Assembly (NCBI GenBank): GCA_051294905.1
Contig: CM119373.1
Coordinates: forward strand, 7,998,001 to 8,062,000
Length of the DNA: 64,000 bases
From: Botryllus schlosseri
Taxonomy: Eukaryota
Reading direction: 5' to 3'
This document shows positions 48,116 to 61,202 of the stretch, one piece after another. Under the pieces are notes generated by a model. It was not told where the DNA came from and did not search any database. It saw nothing but the letters and a program-made list of their open reading frames with translations. Numbering within the stretch: the stretch's first letter is position 1; each line of letters starts with the position of its first letter. Both the position numbers and the translations under genes were made by a program.

Positions 48116-49740
48116 CAATAGGGTTGTCCAAAATTTGGAAAATCTTAAAAATACCCCGTGATTGTGTCTCATTCTACAGATTATTGATGAAAAAAAACAA
48201 TGAGCCTGAAAGCAGCTTACAGGAAAGCCGTTAAGATTTCGGGCAAACCGTTTGAAAGTAGCTGCTCAAGAATGGGCGCTCCGCCGACCATAGAGCGACG
48301 AGAAGACTAGTAATCATATAACCACGGCTCTTGATTGGCTAATCAGCTATGCTTCAAAGATCACGACTGCAGCAGCTTGCTGATTAGGTGTTCAATGAGT
48401 CTGCTACCGGCGGGGATTCTGAAAGCGCATTTTTGGCAGGTTCGCAGATGATGATTTAAGATTAATTCAGGACATGTTGAGGTACGAAATACATGATGAA
48501 CAAACAACAGCTGCTTCACAAAAACCTTTACAGTATCACTGCTTTATTGTGAAGGAAGCGGCTGTAGCCTAGATGCCGTGTTTTCATCGAGGAAAAGCAA
48601 AGGCGCATGCAAGTGGTGAACGAATTCCCCGTTTCAGAAGTGATCCATCATCAGTGAATACAAACATAAAGCTTGACTATGACGCTATACTTTGTGTGAT
48701 CTTATTGGACCCAAATTGTAGTATATAGTTGAGATTATGAATGGTCTAGGGATCGACTGAATCAGCCGGTTATGCTTGGCAGTTATATCTACTGCAAATT
48801 GAATTCACTTATAAGTGTTGTCAAAGTCCTTAATAATGCTGCAGAAAAGAGGTGTAAGGTAAGCACAGACTATGCTGGATATGATATCCAAACTACGCTG
48901 GATACTATGCAGCATAGTCTATGCTTTTCTGTACACCTCTTTTCTGCGGGATCAATAAGGACTTCGACATACCATGCGAGTGTGCGTACATTACCACCTC
49001 TTTTCTGCGTTATCATCAATGACTTTAACAACACGTACAAGTGAATTCAATTTGCTCTAAGCATTTGATAAGTGCCAAGCATAACCCGCTGATTCAGCCG
49101 ATCCCTAGAGCATTCAAAACGTCAACTATATAGGCCTACTACAGCTTCAGCTCAATAAGATCACACAAAGTATAGTGTCATTGTTGAGCTTTATATTTGT
49201 ATTCACCGCGCGATGATGGATCCCTTTTGAAACGGTGAATTCGCTCAACACTTGCATAAGGCCTTTGCTTTCCCTCGATGAAAACTCGGCATATAGGCTT
49301 CAGCCGTTTCCTTCACAATAAAGCAGACATGCAGTAAAAGTTTTTTGTGAAGCAGCTGCTGTTTGATCATCATGTATTTCGTACCTCAACATGTCCTGAA
49401 TTAATCCTAAATCAACCTACCAACAATGCGCATTCAGAATCCCCGCCGGTAGCAGACTCCTTGAACACCTAATCAGCAAGCTGCTGCTGTCGTGATCATT
49501 GAAGCATAACCGATTAGCCAATCAAGAGCCGTGGTTATGTGATTACTAGTCTTCTCGCCGTTCTATGGTCGGTGACACGCCCATTTTTGAGCAGCTTCTT
49601 TCAAACGCTTTGCCCGAAATCTTAACGGCTGTCCTGTAAACTTCCTTCTGGCACATTGTCGTTTTTTATCAATAATCTATAGAATGAGACACAATCACGC
49701 AGTATTTTTAAGATTTTCCAAATTTTGGACAACCCTATTG
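48116..49740. mobile_element. Foldback element with ~670-bp imperfect arms
   Basis: 48116-48786 is the diverged reverse complement of 49068-49740; termini CAATAGGGTTGTCC; flanked by TATATATA on both sides. Confidence 0.93.
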
Positions 49741-50039
49741 TATATATATATAATATATAGATTTAGTGTCGAATATATTGACAACCATTTCAACAACAAT
49801 AACAAAAGAACGGTAGGAATGGAGCAAAAATAATACAATAATAATAATATAATATATATGCTAAATAAAAATTATAGATATAGATATGTAATGTCTTATG
49901 GCAGCAATTTCAAAAACACTCACAAAGGAACAGTTGGAATAAAGGAACAATAAATATAACATAACTAGATTTAGAAATCCATGGTAGAAATAGTAACCGA
50001 AGAAGTATTCTCAGTAGTAGTTGAAAAAAAAATCAGCTC

Positions 50040-50650
50040 CTAGACGGTAGAAAAGCGGTAATTTATATGGTGTTGAAACTTCAAGGTATATGTTGTTTCG
50101 CTTAATATTTGAGCGTGTGGCCAATTTCCCTGCATGACTGTGTGCATTTGATTTCCCCGATACATTTCTTGCATATGCATGCAGTCTTAGTTGAACATAT
50201 CGGTGTGCCATTCTAGTAATGGGGGCAGCAGCATGACACGGTGGGATATCGTTCTGTTTCGGAAGTTTTTCAAATATAAATGGTCGGGTAAGTTTTCGAA
50301 CCGTGCGACATATATGTTATTGCGAAAAATTGTTTCGATAACTCGGAAAAACGGAGCATTGTCGGGGTCGGGTGGGTTTAATATTCATCCTCAGTTGCTA
50401 TTGATAAATTTCCATCTTTCTTGTAGGACCGTATGACTGTTAAATTTGAAGAAATGTTAGATGATCGGAGAACCGGCTCCTGTACGGAAAAAATGCGAGC
50501 GGCAAGTCTCGCACTCCGAAGGCGTGCTTTCTTTAGCGATAACCCAGCCGCAAACGTAATAGTGGGCGTTCGCTTCTCCTTCGTCCGACATGCGTCGGCC
50601 AGTAATTTCAAATTTTCTTCCGCTTCGAGTCCCTCCTGATTTTATTTCAA
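50040..50650 (-). pseudogene. C-terminal fragment of another P-superfamily transposase
   Basis: EANAHYYVCGWVIAK..CETC and YVQLRLHAYARNV..ATRSNIK match the C-terminal region of THAP9/P-type transposases. Confidence 0.6.
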
Positions 50651-50924
50651 AGTGCATGATAAAGCATAATAACCGAAGCAAAGTAAAGAAGAAATATAGT
50701 GCGTGCCTATATGAATCTTTGATGGCTAGACTTGAGATCTCAAGTCTTACAGGCCCGCACCTCCGCGAGGTTGGCAACACTGGTATACCGTAATCAGTCT
50801 GCCTATATTAATACTCAGGGTGTGATTTTACTATCAGAATGCCATTGGGAGATACGAGTAAGATAACCAAGGGATTGAGAGATGGAAGCCTTGAACAGGT
50901 AGATGCACACAGCTCTGATATAAA

Positions 50925-51312
50925 TCACCAAAGTTCAGCTTGGAACTTTTACTGGATGTGATAGCGCTACCAAGAGCTATCAAGGTTATACTCAGTGTAG
51001 AAAGTGCAAAATCACTTATAAACATGATCGTGCTACAAGCGGTACATCGAGACTGCATCAGCACTCAGCTTCATGTCAAAATGACACGCAGACGTCTTCG
51101 AACTCCACATCTCAAGTGCAGAGTGAGATGATTGCATATATGAAAACCACAAAATTGCCTTAACAAGCAGTGGCATCAATGACAGGCGCATTTGTGGATT
51201 TCAGTGCACACGAGTTGGTTTCTATGAAATCTGCAGAAAGCAAAGGGATGGGTAATCTGATTCAAAAGGCTGTGGAAATTGGTGCAAAATATGGCGCTGT
51301 TGATACTTTCTA
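50925..51312 (+). pseudogene. Hermes/hobo-type hAT transposase N-terminus (BED finger + DNA-binding domain)
   Basis: SSAWNF..YTQCRKCK..TSGTSRLHQH..C, then KGMGNLIQKAVEIGAKYGAVD. Confidence 0.75.
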
Positions 51313-51422
51313 GGCGCTTCGCTAAAAGCGAGCACACACCAGCCTTTCCTTGACTTGTAAGGGTAGAACTGGGTCCACAGAATGTTTTTGGTCCCTACCA
51401 ATTTTCGCGCAATATCCTTCAG
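51294..51422. repeat. Inverted-repeat partner of 54700..54782
   Basis: GCGCTGTTGATACTTT..AAGGGTAGA.CTGGGTCCACAGAATGT..CCCTACCAATTTTCGCGCA.TATCCTTCA matches the reverse complement at 54700-54782 apart from a ~45-bp insertion. Confidence 0.85.
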
Positions 51423-52545
51423 ATGATACAGATATGTAGGCTACGTTTAAGTAGTCTACATTGAATATGTCAGATTATTATGATATCGATTACCTTAGCC
51501 GCTTGTTGCGTAGGGATCCGCAGATGCGTGGCACTTTTGATGGCGGGTGTCGATACTTTCTATAGTCGCTTTTATGGTTAAGTGTGAGCAATGAGCATTG
51601 AGCATGGGCATAAATTACAAGCTTTTATTTGATCCGTCAGGGTAGGACTTGGTCCGCGAATACAGCAGGTAAAATGTTGATTGTTGAATAAAGTTCAACA
51701 GCAGGAATGTCGAATTAAACTGAGATCGCTGTCCGGATTCAATCCGTTATTGGAAAGCTTGCGGGCCAGACCTGCCAAATGTTACCGCCAAATCCATACC
51801 TTTGTTTTTCACTGGAATATATCTGATATCACTATAATCGTTGACGTTGGAATTTGGTTTATCGGTTTTCAATCACCAAACAGTTTTTTTGAATGCCGGG
51901 GACCTTTTGCGTCAAAAGTAATACAGTGGTATCACAGATATTTGAATTATATTCACTCAGTAGCCTGTATTTATATTCCTAATGTAACTTACGTAAAACG
52001 GATTTGCATTATTTTTTTCGCATCTGTGAATAACTGAATGTCCATTGTCCATTCGGCCCAACAGAGTATGCACTTTTTCGCTTTCTCGGAATTTGGTGTC
52101 AAGATCACCGACGTGGTGCTAATGGGGACTAGAATGAAAACTCAACACTGTAGTTGTATTACTACAATATGATATATTTACATTATCTAAATTTGCTGTC
52201 TTGAGTGAATCTTATTACTTGAAACTATATTTTTCTTACTAGAAATTCAAACTTCTGTTTGAAATGTACTGGGTAATACAAACATTTTTCCAGTTACTTG
52301 GAATTTCTTTGCGGGTCGGATGAAGTCGTCAGGCGGGCCACATCCTGCCCGCGGGCCGTAGGCTATGTTTTACATCCAAGATTTACTCTTATGGCGTGAG
52401 GTATTTGGAGACTTGCAAAACCTCGCTTTGTTGACTAAAATGTCCATCCCTCTCTTATGGTATTATGTTATTGGTGACACCTTACCCATTAAATAAATGA
52501 GATATTTGTGTTTAAGTGGTTGCAAAGTTACCAGGAATATATTAA

Positions 52546-52754
52546 ATGGCCAATTGCTGTATCCCTGGCTGCTCATGGTCGACGGCAAAGGCAAAGGACT
52601 TGAATACGACGAGGTCATTTTTCAAAATACCACGTGTCGACTTGGCTAAAACTGACGAAGAAATGTCACACAGGGAGGAGCTTAGAAGGCTTGTTTTATC
52701 TATGCGAGATCCACACAAAGATGATGATATCAAGTTTCAGCTTAAAAAGGAGAG
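52546..52754 (+). pseudogene. First exon of a THAP-domain transposase gene, same subfamily as 43468
   Basis: MANCCIPGC..SFFKIP..LVLSMRD..DDIKFQLKKER then a GTAAAT donor at 52755; later exons not found. Confidence 0.8.
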
Positions 52755-52877
52755 GTAAATATTTCGATCTCTTGTTGCTCAAGGAGGATAAATGATAATA
52801 CATATTGTGTCAAATTTTCGGGGATCGTTCGTTAGTAATTTCTCTACTCAAGTAGCAGTAGAAGTGGCGATTTCCAA

Positions 52878-54591
52878 GTAAGTGGCCAACCTTTTCAGCC
52901 AAAGGGCCACATTCGGTTGACGAAATATTGCGCGGGCCACTAGCCGCGGTAAGCGCGAAAATTTGTTCGAAGTTCATAGCTCAGTAAGTATGTCACTTGA
53001 CTATATTGCGGGCCTGCTGTATATCGCTGGGCTCAGTTTGCAACGACTGGACTATTATTCGGCGCCTGGACATATCAATTTCGAAAGCTTTGACCAACAT
53101 ATGTCAATCATTTTGTGCCTAGTAGGGATGGTGTGAACCTCTGAAAGGTTCGGGTTCGTGTGAACGCGAACCTTTTTGAAAGGTTCTGTGTGAACACGAA
53201 CGTGAACCTCGTGACGTCATATTGCTAATTCCAACCCTATCTTTCAATGAAGTGATAGCCTATGCCCTATATTAATGTACACGATACCTAGCGAAGACTC
53301 GGGCCACATTAATGTCACATTGCTGAAGTACATATTGGCGTTTTAAACGTCGCTAAATGTATCAACCGCGGTTATCAAAGGATATAATATTCTCATAAAA
53401 TCAATACATTCCGTCGCTTTGCCAACAATTTCGACGAGGACTTACCAGGGAATATAAGCTTACGCCTTTACGGTCTTAGCCAGACCGGACAATGTGTTCG
53501 TAGTCTGAGTATTGCGAAATTTATATTGAGCAGAGTGTAAAACCGGTTTCTATACTCGCTACTGATACCATAAACACAAGTTATATAGCAGTAGCCAGCA
53601 CCTTATTCGCCCGGATTTGGTTTTAATGATACAGTAAAGATATGAAGTCAAGATTGACCCCGTACGCTCGTTCGATTTTTTTTCATCAGCAAACGATATC
53701 AATGTCATTGATTGATTAATCTTCATTCGCTGACTACGTATATCGCTCGTGATGTTGTGTGATTGCGGGTCAAGCGCACATCAGAGAGTCACTAAATATT
53801 CACAAACGGAAAGCTGGATATTTCGAGAAATGTTTTGCAACAAAAAAGTACGTAAAACTTTTAAGGTTGTCATGGTGCATGCTCGTTTAGCGTTAATTTT
53901 TTTTATGCTGTCAGCGCCATGCATAGAGTGACCCGCAGTTGAAATGCAATAAATTTGAACCGAAGATTTTATAATGAAGTGCAAATTACAATTTATTGAA
54001 AAGGTTCACAGTGCAGAACCTACCAAGGTTCTGTTGTGAACGCGAACCTCCAAATTTCCGAGGTTCACACACAGAACGCGAACGTGAACCTCACGTTCAC
54101 ACCATCCCTAGTGCCTAGGTTTCACAGTCGACGGTCTTTCTGCGAGCGCAAACGCAAGGTCGCATATGTTGAACGACACTTTGTCTCGTCATCGCGAATA
54201 TAGTTAGACTCAATCTGATACATTAGGATTAGGCGCTCTTTCATTTTCACAAAGGGGTAACAATATAAAAACAAAGACATCGAGTGACAACATGTTGCGC
54301 GAAACGTGTAGAAAATTTTGACTTTTGATAAATAATATATCGCAAATTATTCTGCTTGATTGTAGTGTTCGAAGATCTACCAAAGTGTGACCGACTCATG
54401 GATCTGCCACTGCGTCGGAACTGATATTTTAGTCATCACGTCTCAAGTGTTGCGGCCAGACTAATCAAAGTTTTGGTTGGCTTTACAAGTTCACAATCTG
54501 TGCAATCCATTTTTGATAATATTACTAATTTCAGAAATTACCTCGCGGGTCACTCAAAACCTTCTCGCGGGCCACGGGTTGGCCGGCCCTG
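52878..54591. mobile_element. hAT (Charlie-like) MITE hosting a nested MITE
   Basis: Left ..GTGGCCAACC..GGGCCAC, right GCGGGCCACGGGTTGGCCGGCCCTG; TSD not preserved. Confidence 0.6.
53123..54110. mobile_element. hAT MITE with GAACC/GGTTC arrays, copy 1 (988 bp)
   Basis: TIRs TAGGGATGGTGTGAAC/GTTCACACCATCCCTA; perfect TSD GTGCCTAG. Confidence 0.97.
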
Positions 54592-55299
54592 AGCTATAGT
54601 GTATCTAATTTTACAGCGCATAAATTTATGTGACATGCACTTTGGTGGCGAAGACATTATTCAAAAGGGCAGTCGCAAATGCTTTAAGACCGGTGCAGTT
54701 GAAGGATAATGCGCGAAAATTGGTAGGGCCCTAATACATTCTGTGGACCCAGGTCTACCCTTGAAAAAGTATCAACAGCGCAGCGTTTCTCTGCGACGCG
54801 ATTGCTCAGTCATTGCTATTGCCGCGATGTCAGCTGATCCCACTCTCGCCGCTCGGCCGCATCCTTGCTCTTGAGCTAGTCTCTCGTTTCGCCAGACAGC
54901 ATTGTTGCGTCACACTGCCAATCTACTTAACAATGAATAATTTGGGGCTGATTGTGGGGGTTCCAGGGCCATGAGTGGAATAAAATTTATATTTTCGTAA
55001 TCAGTGCAGAGTCAGCTTTCGATTGATACCCGATTCATCAAATTTAATGCTCGGCAAGCCGGTCAAAAATGACCGTTAAATTGCCTGTAGCCAAATGGAA
55101 ATTGTGACGTGATACAATTTCATTGAACCGTGAGATTTGCTTGTGTCGACACCATATAGGACACTATGGTTAAATTCTCAGGTTGAATAAACTCCTCCAA
55201 CAAACAAACGACCAAAAAGATTTGGGTAACTTTGAGCTCCCAATTGGGAGTTTTAGGTGCGGCAGTTACGGTCCTGGTAGATCGTATAACTCTTGTGTA

Positions 55300-56000
55300 T
55301 ATTAATATGGCCGCTGTTCCGCTCACGTCGCGAAACCCAATAATCTAATCCACTGTGTGATTGCGGTTTTACTTCCACAATGGTGCGGATTGGGGCTGGG
55401 CCAGCTTCATACAATTCTTACGTGAAAGGGATACTGCACAGATCTGGAGAAAGAATATATTTCAATGTTTATGCTGTACAACGTACATATAAGATGTCCT
55501 GTATCTACTGAAGTTGCGATGTCAGAACATTCAATCCGATGGTACAATCATTTCATGTGACTTTTACATTATGTACAATGATTTCAAGGCCAGAAATTTT
55601 AAACCGACTCCAAACATTATTGTACGTACTGCTCTAAATCCTCAATTCATTACGATTCGTTGCGGTGGTGCCGTATACTTCGATGGGAAGTTGAATTGTT
55701 AATAAATTGCGATTATGGCTATTTTATATTACAACAATACGACCTGCCAAGGTACCGTAAATCTACATCAAATACACTTCTGTCCGAGTTTAATGGACAC
55801 CCCTTTCAACGGCATACGACCCTGCTCGAATACTGGTCACTTCAGCACCAACTTCAAGTACATTCTCGTTGCCGTTAGCCGTAGGTTGTTGAAGCCGGGG
55901 GATAAAAGCCTTCGTTTCCCCTCCCATTTTCGACTTGTAGATTTTGACTCCATACGTGCCATTACGATCTATCAGAGTCGGATGAAAAACTTAAGGTAGC
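55300..56000. repeat. Dispersed repeat, copy B (see 20600..21100)
   Basis: Same ordered motifs as copy A. Confidence 0.8.
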
Positions 56001-58743
56001 CCACGTAATAATTGTCATTGTTCTAAAACAATTGCAACGGCGCAGCACAATGACCATAACAGCGGTCCGTGCGTGGTTGCGATTGTTTAGAACAATGCCG
56101 ATTTTCATATTTTGAAGGCTATTTCGGGGTGGTTCCATTGCCTTGATGAAAATTTAATGTATATTATCAGAATCAGCGCGACTGTAGCTTTCAAATAAGA
56201 TCAACTTTATTTAATTTGAGCGCTCGGGTCGTCATCTATGGGATTAGCAATTACGCTCCCGTTTCATGCTATGAAGCGACAACAAATCTGCCGTTGTCGC
56301 ATCACTCGACCGTGACTCTCGTGCTGCCCATCTATCCGTAGGTTAGTTATCTATAGGTGGAGTCACACCGACACCTGAGTATCATGTGATAGCAAGGTGC
56401 GTTTGTTGACAAGATTCTCTCGTTCCCCTTCCTCTGTCTCATCGAGCAATGAACACGAACACCTCTTATGTGGATGTGCAGCGCACGGTACCCGAGAATA
56501 GTGTCTCCTTGCCGAGTCGCTGGTGCATTCATTGGTTCTGATTGTTACGCCCACTGTCTACTGGCTTCAACGTAGAAGTCTAAGTTTGGGAGCGGTGCCC
56601 CGTCTCAAACCTCTCGCGCGGGGCCTCTGCGCGAATATACGATATAATCGTTAGACATTCGGCCTTTAGAGATACGCCTTCTGCGCTGAGTGACGGCTCA
56701 AGACCCCATCAGCCTCTCCAAATTATCATGAGATTCCTGTTGTTGACGGAAAAGTCGCTCCCACGTAAACAGACAACGCGGTTTCGTACATTCAGTGGTA
56801 GGTCTAACTGTTGGTAGGAATTCCCCCTTGGATCTTTATTCGTTTTTATTCCCGTTCGTTCCGACATTGCCCTCTGCGATCCATTTTGTCTTCAGCTAGG
56901 TGGTGACTAGGCCGCCCCTGAAATTGTTAGACCAGTATGTAAAGTCACAGCGATTTCAATCTTGGCATAGAGGATCAAGTATGATCAACCTTCCTCACCA
57001 CTGAACTTTCAACAATGATAATAGGATGAATGTTGCTAAGGCTTGAGAGATATTTCATCTCGACATTACACAACAAAATACTGTTAACTTATGTAATCCT
57101 CTGGGTACTCTGGAGCCTCTCATAGGATTACGTAATAGGCTGCGTTCAGATTTGAAAAAAGGATGGTCAGTAAATGAATGAATGAATGAATAGAGTTCCA
57201 TCACAAAAATTGTGCAGCGAGCCATTACAACATAAAACATGATATTGTACCAACATAAAGCATGGTACTTACAGCAGCAGGTTCTTCAGATAATGCAAAC
57301 CAAATCCCGTAGGTCTATTCAACTTGGCTAATCCATCCCTTTGGGAAAAAAACAGGATACCATCATTGATGACGTCACGGTCGGTAGATGCTGAAATATC
57401 ATTAAATTCGCATTAAGAAGCTGGATGCCATTAATACCTTGTCCTTGATTTCGCTAGGATTCAGATATTCTTTTACATGCAACACTGGGGCGTGTTATGT
57501 TTTGCATAACCTAAGAAGAACCGCATCCATATATGGTGGCACTGGAATTGGCCATTTGGACAGCCGCAATGTTCGTGACTGATATTCTGATCAGTCGATC
57601 TGAGTCAATAAGGGTGGGTTTCAAAAAGTTGTCTTAATTTAGACCTGGCTTAAGGCCAGTGAATGACTTGCCCAAGACGCCAGGCGTCGGCGGTCTTACT
57701 TCGGTTTCAAATGTCAATTTGGCGCCGCGCTCGGCCAGGGTTTTGTTACTCAATTAGATGTAACGATCGATTTCATTGAAGATGCGCTTCACGTAGTTTT
57801 CATGCTTATTGGTCCACACAGCGCAATCGATTTTATTGATTTTGACCAGGATCTCCTGCTATGCCATATTTGTTCCCGAATCTATAGGTCTATTATTCAC
57901 GTTTGTAGCAGCCGGACCCGTTGTAATATTAAATAAATTCATTGGTTCCATTGTTTTCATCCCGGTTTGGACACTTGGCTTGGGATCTTGTTTATGGACT
58001 GGACACTTGGCTTGGGATCTTGTTCAGTCTTTTTCAATTTTGTACTTGACCGATAGCGAAGTAGATTTTGCTGTGGCGCGTTCCTTTCTTGACTTCTCAG
58101 CCAGCTTGCTATTAATTGGAACAATATGCTTCGACCAGTCGTGCGAGGAATCTGTGGCATGGTTGTCATTCACGTGCATTTTACGTAAGTCGTGATTTCC
58201 TCTGTTGATCGATTTATGGAACAAAAGACAACGGTCAATCAGATACGTTCGCCATTATCACAATCTGAATAAAACAATACAATTGTAATGGACACACTTC
58301 TACATCTAATGCACCAGAAGCTGACACTGCAGACGGACAGTCGGTGATACTCGAATGGAAAATAGCTTCAATGAAATCAATACGGCAGGGTGTCTCAACT
58401 TCACATATAACGGCAACGGGCCACATTTAGAGGATACTGGGGGCTGCAGAACAGAACTTTATTTTCAATCTAGTATTAAATTCACTTTATTCAGTTTGTT
58501 AGTTGTAGACCGGCAGTTAAGCGCATTTTGACACATTCAAAATCATTAACTAGTGCTACTGGTAGCAACTTGGTGGAGCGTACATTACCAGGTTCGTACG
58601 CTACGAGTGTGATAACAGAAATATTGCTGATATCTTGGCTTTAACGATATTCGATCAATCTTGAACGATACCCTATTTAAAATATTCTGCACTTATTGCA
58701 CAATGGCCCGAAATATGCATTGCTGACTTTGACATCTAGCTAG

Positions 58744-60926
58744 CAGTGATGAGCACCGGAGCGGAGTCGGAGTGGATCCGGAGCGGAGTTTTGCCAATTT
58801 TGTGATACCCGGAGTGGAGTCGGAGTTTACAACGGATATTTTTCCGGAGTTTTACGGAGTATTGTAAGTTTTACCCGGTGCCCCCGATATCTTTGACCAG
58901 AAGACACTATTGATTACAAACCAAAACAGACAGTTGACACCTTGTAAAGTTGTAATATAACGGGTAACATGCAAAAATGATTGCCAAGTGCATAAAAATC
59001 AGCCATCTGCACTGCAATTGGGAACTGGAGAGTAACCTAGTGATCTAGCAAGGCATTTCCGTTGAGCAGTGTCTGTAGTTCACAAACTTGAAGCCACCCA
59101 ACATCATTCGCAGTGCATCATTTGTTCCCTGCCTTGAGATGCAGTCTTTGAATCCACTACTGTGTGCTGAATGTCACCATATTATGAGATAAGATCTTCC
59201 ACGTTGCTGTCATTGCAGTCTGCTAGAAAGTCACATTACATTCCTCCTTGCGTATTTGTTTTGTGACTAATTTTCATGCTACCCCAGTAATTGTGCAAAA
59301 CATTTACAATCAGCAACATACAGCGGGGCTTCCATATGGTACAGCCTTTAGCTACCCTGATTCTTCCAGCAAGTTCATGATCATAACGGAATATATCCCA
59401 TCATCCTGATGACATTCAACATAGTAATAGGTCCATTTTGTGAAAATGTGTTCCCAATGTTGGTATCAGTTGAAACAAGATAATATCCGATACCACTTTT
59501 GTGATAACTTTTCGCAACTTTCATCGTACCGTACTTGCAATTTGCAGTGAGAGATATCGATAATAAGTGTTACATCAATATTACCTTTATATCTGTGAGA
59601 AATATACATACAACAGGCAAGTATCTGGATGGAAACAATAATAACTTATGCAATATGTTACATGACTTAATGATTGCATTTCTGAACAGCCACACTAAAT
59701 AACTATGGTACAACTACCGTCTGCTTTGCTCGCATCAACTCAACTACACTTCCTTCACTATTGATTGACGTAGTCAGTCATCCAGAACTCTTCTGAATTT
59801 TCGTCATGTAATGTTTGGTTTGATTGAGAAATGACTTTGACGTGATAAGAAAAATCAGCACCGCAATCAAGTTTCTGCTGCTGGTCTGTCTCAGACTCCA
59901 AATTACAGATATCATGTATCAGCTTGAAAATTGGAAGTCACTAGTCATTTAGTCAACTCCAAGGAGCGTCGATCGGTGCGTCAGTGATGCATCATGTATG
60001 TTTAGTGCAGTGCAGTTCCATCAACTGTTTCATGGCGATGCGGAACTTAATTTACTGAAACCTCTGATGTGATCGTCGATTTCAGTGGTGTTAGTTCGAA
60101 CTGACTGGTCTTCCTTCGTCCTTTTAATATAATGGCTGAAGCACCGTCGACGTCAAGTGGGTTACTCACAAAGACGCAGAGTGACGTGTGGAAGGATTTC
60201 ACTCTGATGCTGCATGATAATAACGGCAAGTATACTGGGTTTGCGAGATGTCAAAATTGCAATGTTCAGCTTAAGCATCACAAGTTGACAAGTGGTACGT
60301 CGCATCTTTGAAGACATATCGAAGCGTGTAAGAAGAATTGATCGTAGTCGAAGAAAGTTCCTCTCTTCCAACAAAAAAGTAAGCAAGAAATCAAAGGAGA
60401 AGGTGATCATGGGGAACACTGAACGCCGGGTGGAGAATACCGAAGTGCCTGTGTGCCGTGGTGTTGTGCAGAAAACATGTTTTGCCATTCAGATTTACGG
60501 TGAAACGTAAGTTGGATGAGGAGGCTTTATCTTTGAAGCAGAAGCTGTCAGAGGAACTAAGAGTTGCTATCAAGTGTTATGGGCTGGCTGGCATCACCAC
60601 AGATATGTGGACCAATCTAAAGGGTCGCAGTTCTATTAACTTGACTGTCCATTTTGTTGGAGAGAACTTGACTCTCAGAAGTAATGTTGCGACTGTTCGG
60701 CAATTCACGGATACTAAAAAACTGGTATGAATATCAGACAGGCTATCGAATACATCGATTGGGATTCTTCGACAATGGTCTGAATATGTTTCGGAGACTG
60801 AACAAGATTCTTCGGGTTATCTCGGAGTCTGGGATTGAGATCCCCGGAGTCGGAGGGACTTTGCCTCAGAGACCAAAGTTGTCGGAGGGACTCGGAGTCT
60901 CGAAAAGCAGACTCCGCTCATCACTG
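58744..60926 (+). mobile_element. Internally deleted hAT element retaining a BED finger and the first catalytic Asp
   Basis: TIRs CAGTGATGAGC/GCTCATCACTG; perfect TSD CTAGCTAG; GGAGTC arrays; SDVWKDF..ARCQNC..SGTSHL*RHIEAC (BED) and GITTDMWT..INLTVHFV at ~60170-60720. Confidence 0.93.
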
Positions 60927-61202
60927 CTAGCTAGGAACTTTTTTCCTGAGATCCGGTGGATATGTATATTTTCAACTCGGGATGAAACTGTAAGTGGTGA
61001 CTGGTGTCGTTTCATTTCAAGTTCCCTCTATTCGCCAAAACGCTAGACAGCTGTTCTTCGGGGAATACACGATTTACATGATTCTAGTTTTATGATTAAG
61101 GGTGGATTGCACAGATGCCGATTGAAAAGTAATCACCGATTGCCTTAATCGGCGATAATTTAATCAGCGAGCAAGGTCACCTGGTGACTCTGTGGTACAG
61201 AT

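Noticed and set aside
53749-53984. Duplicated small ORFs also at 61850..62053
   Set aside because: Interior of two copies of the same non-coding MITE
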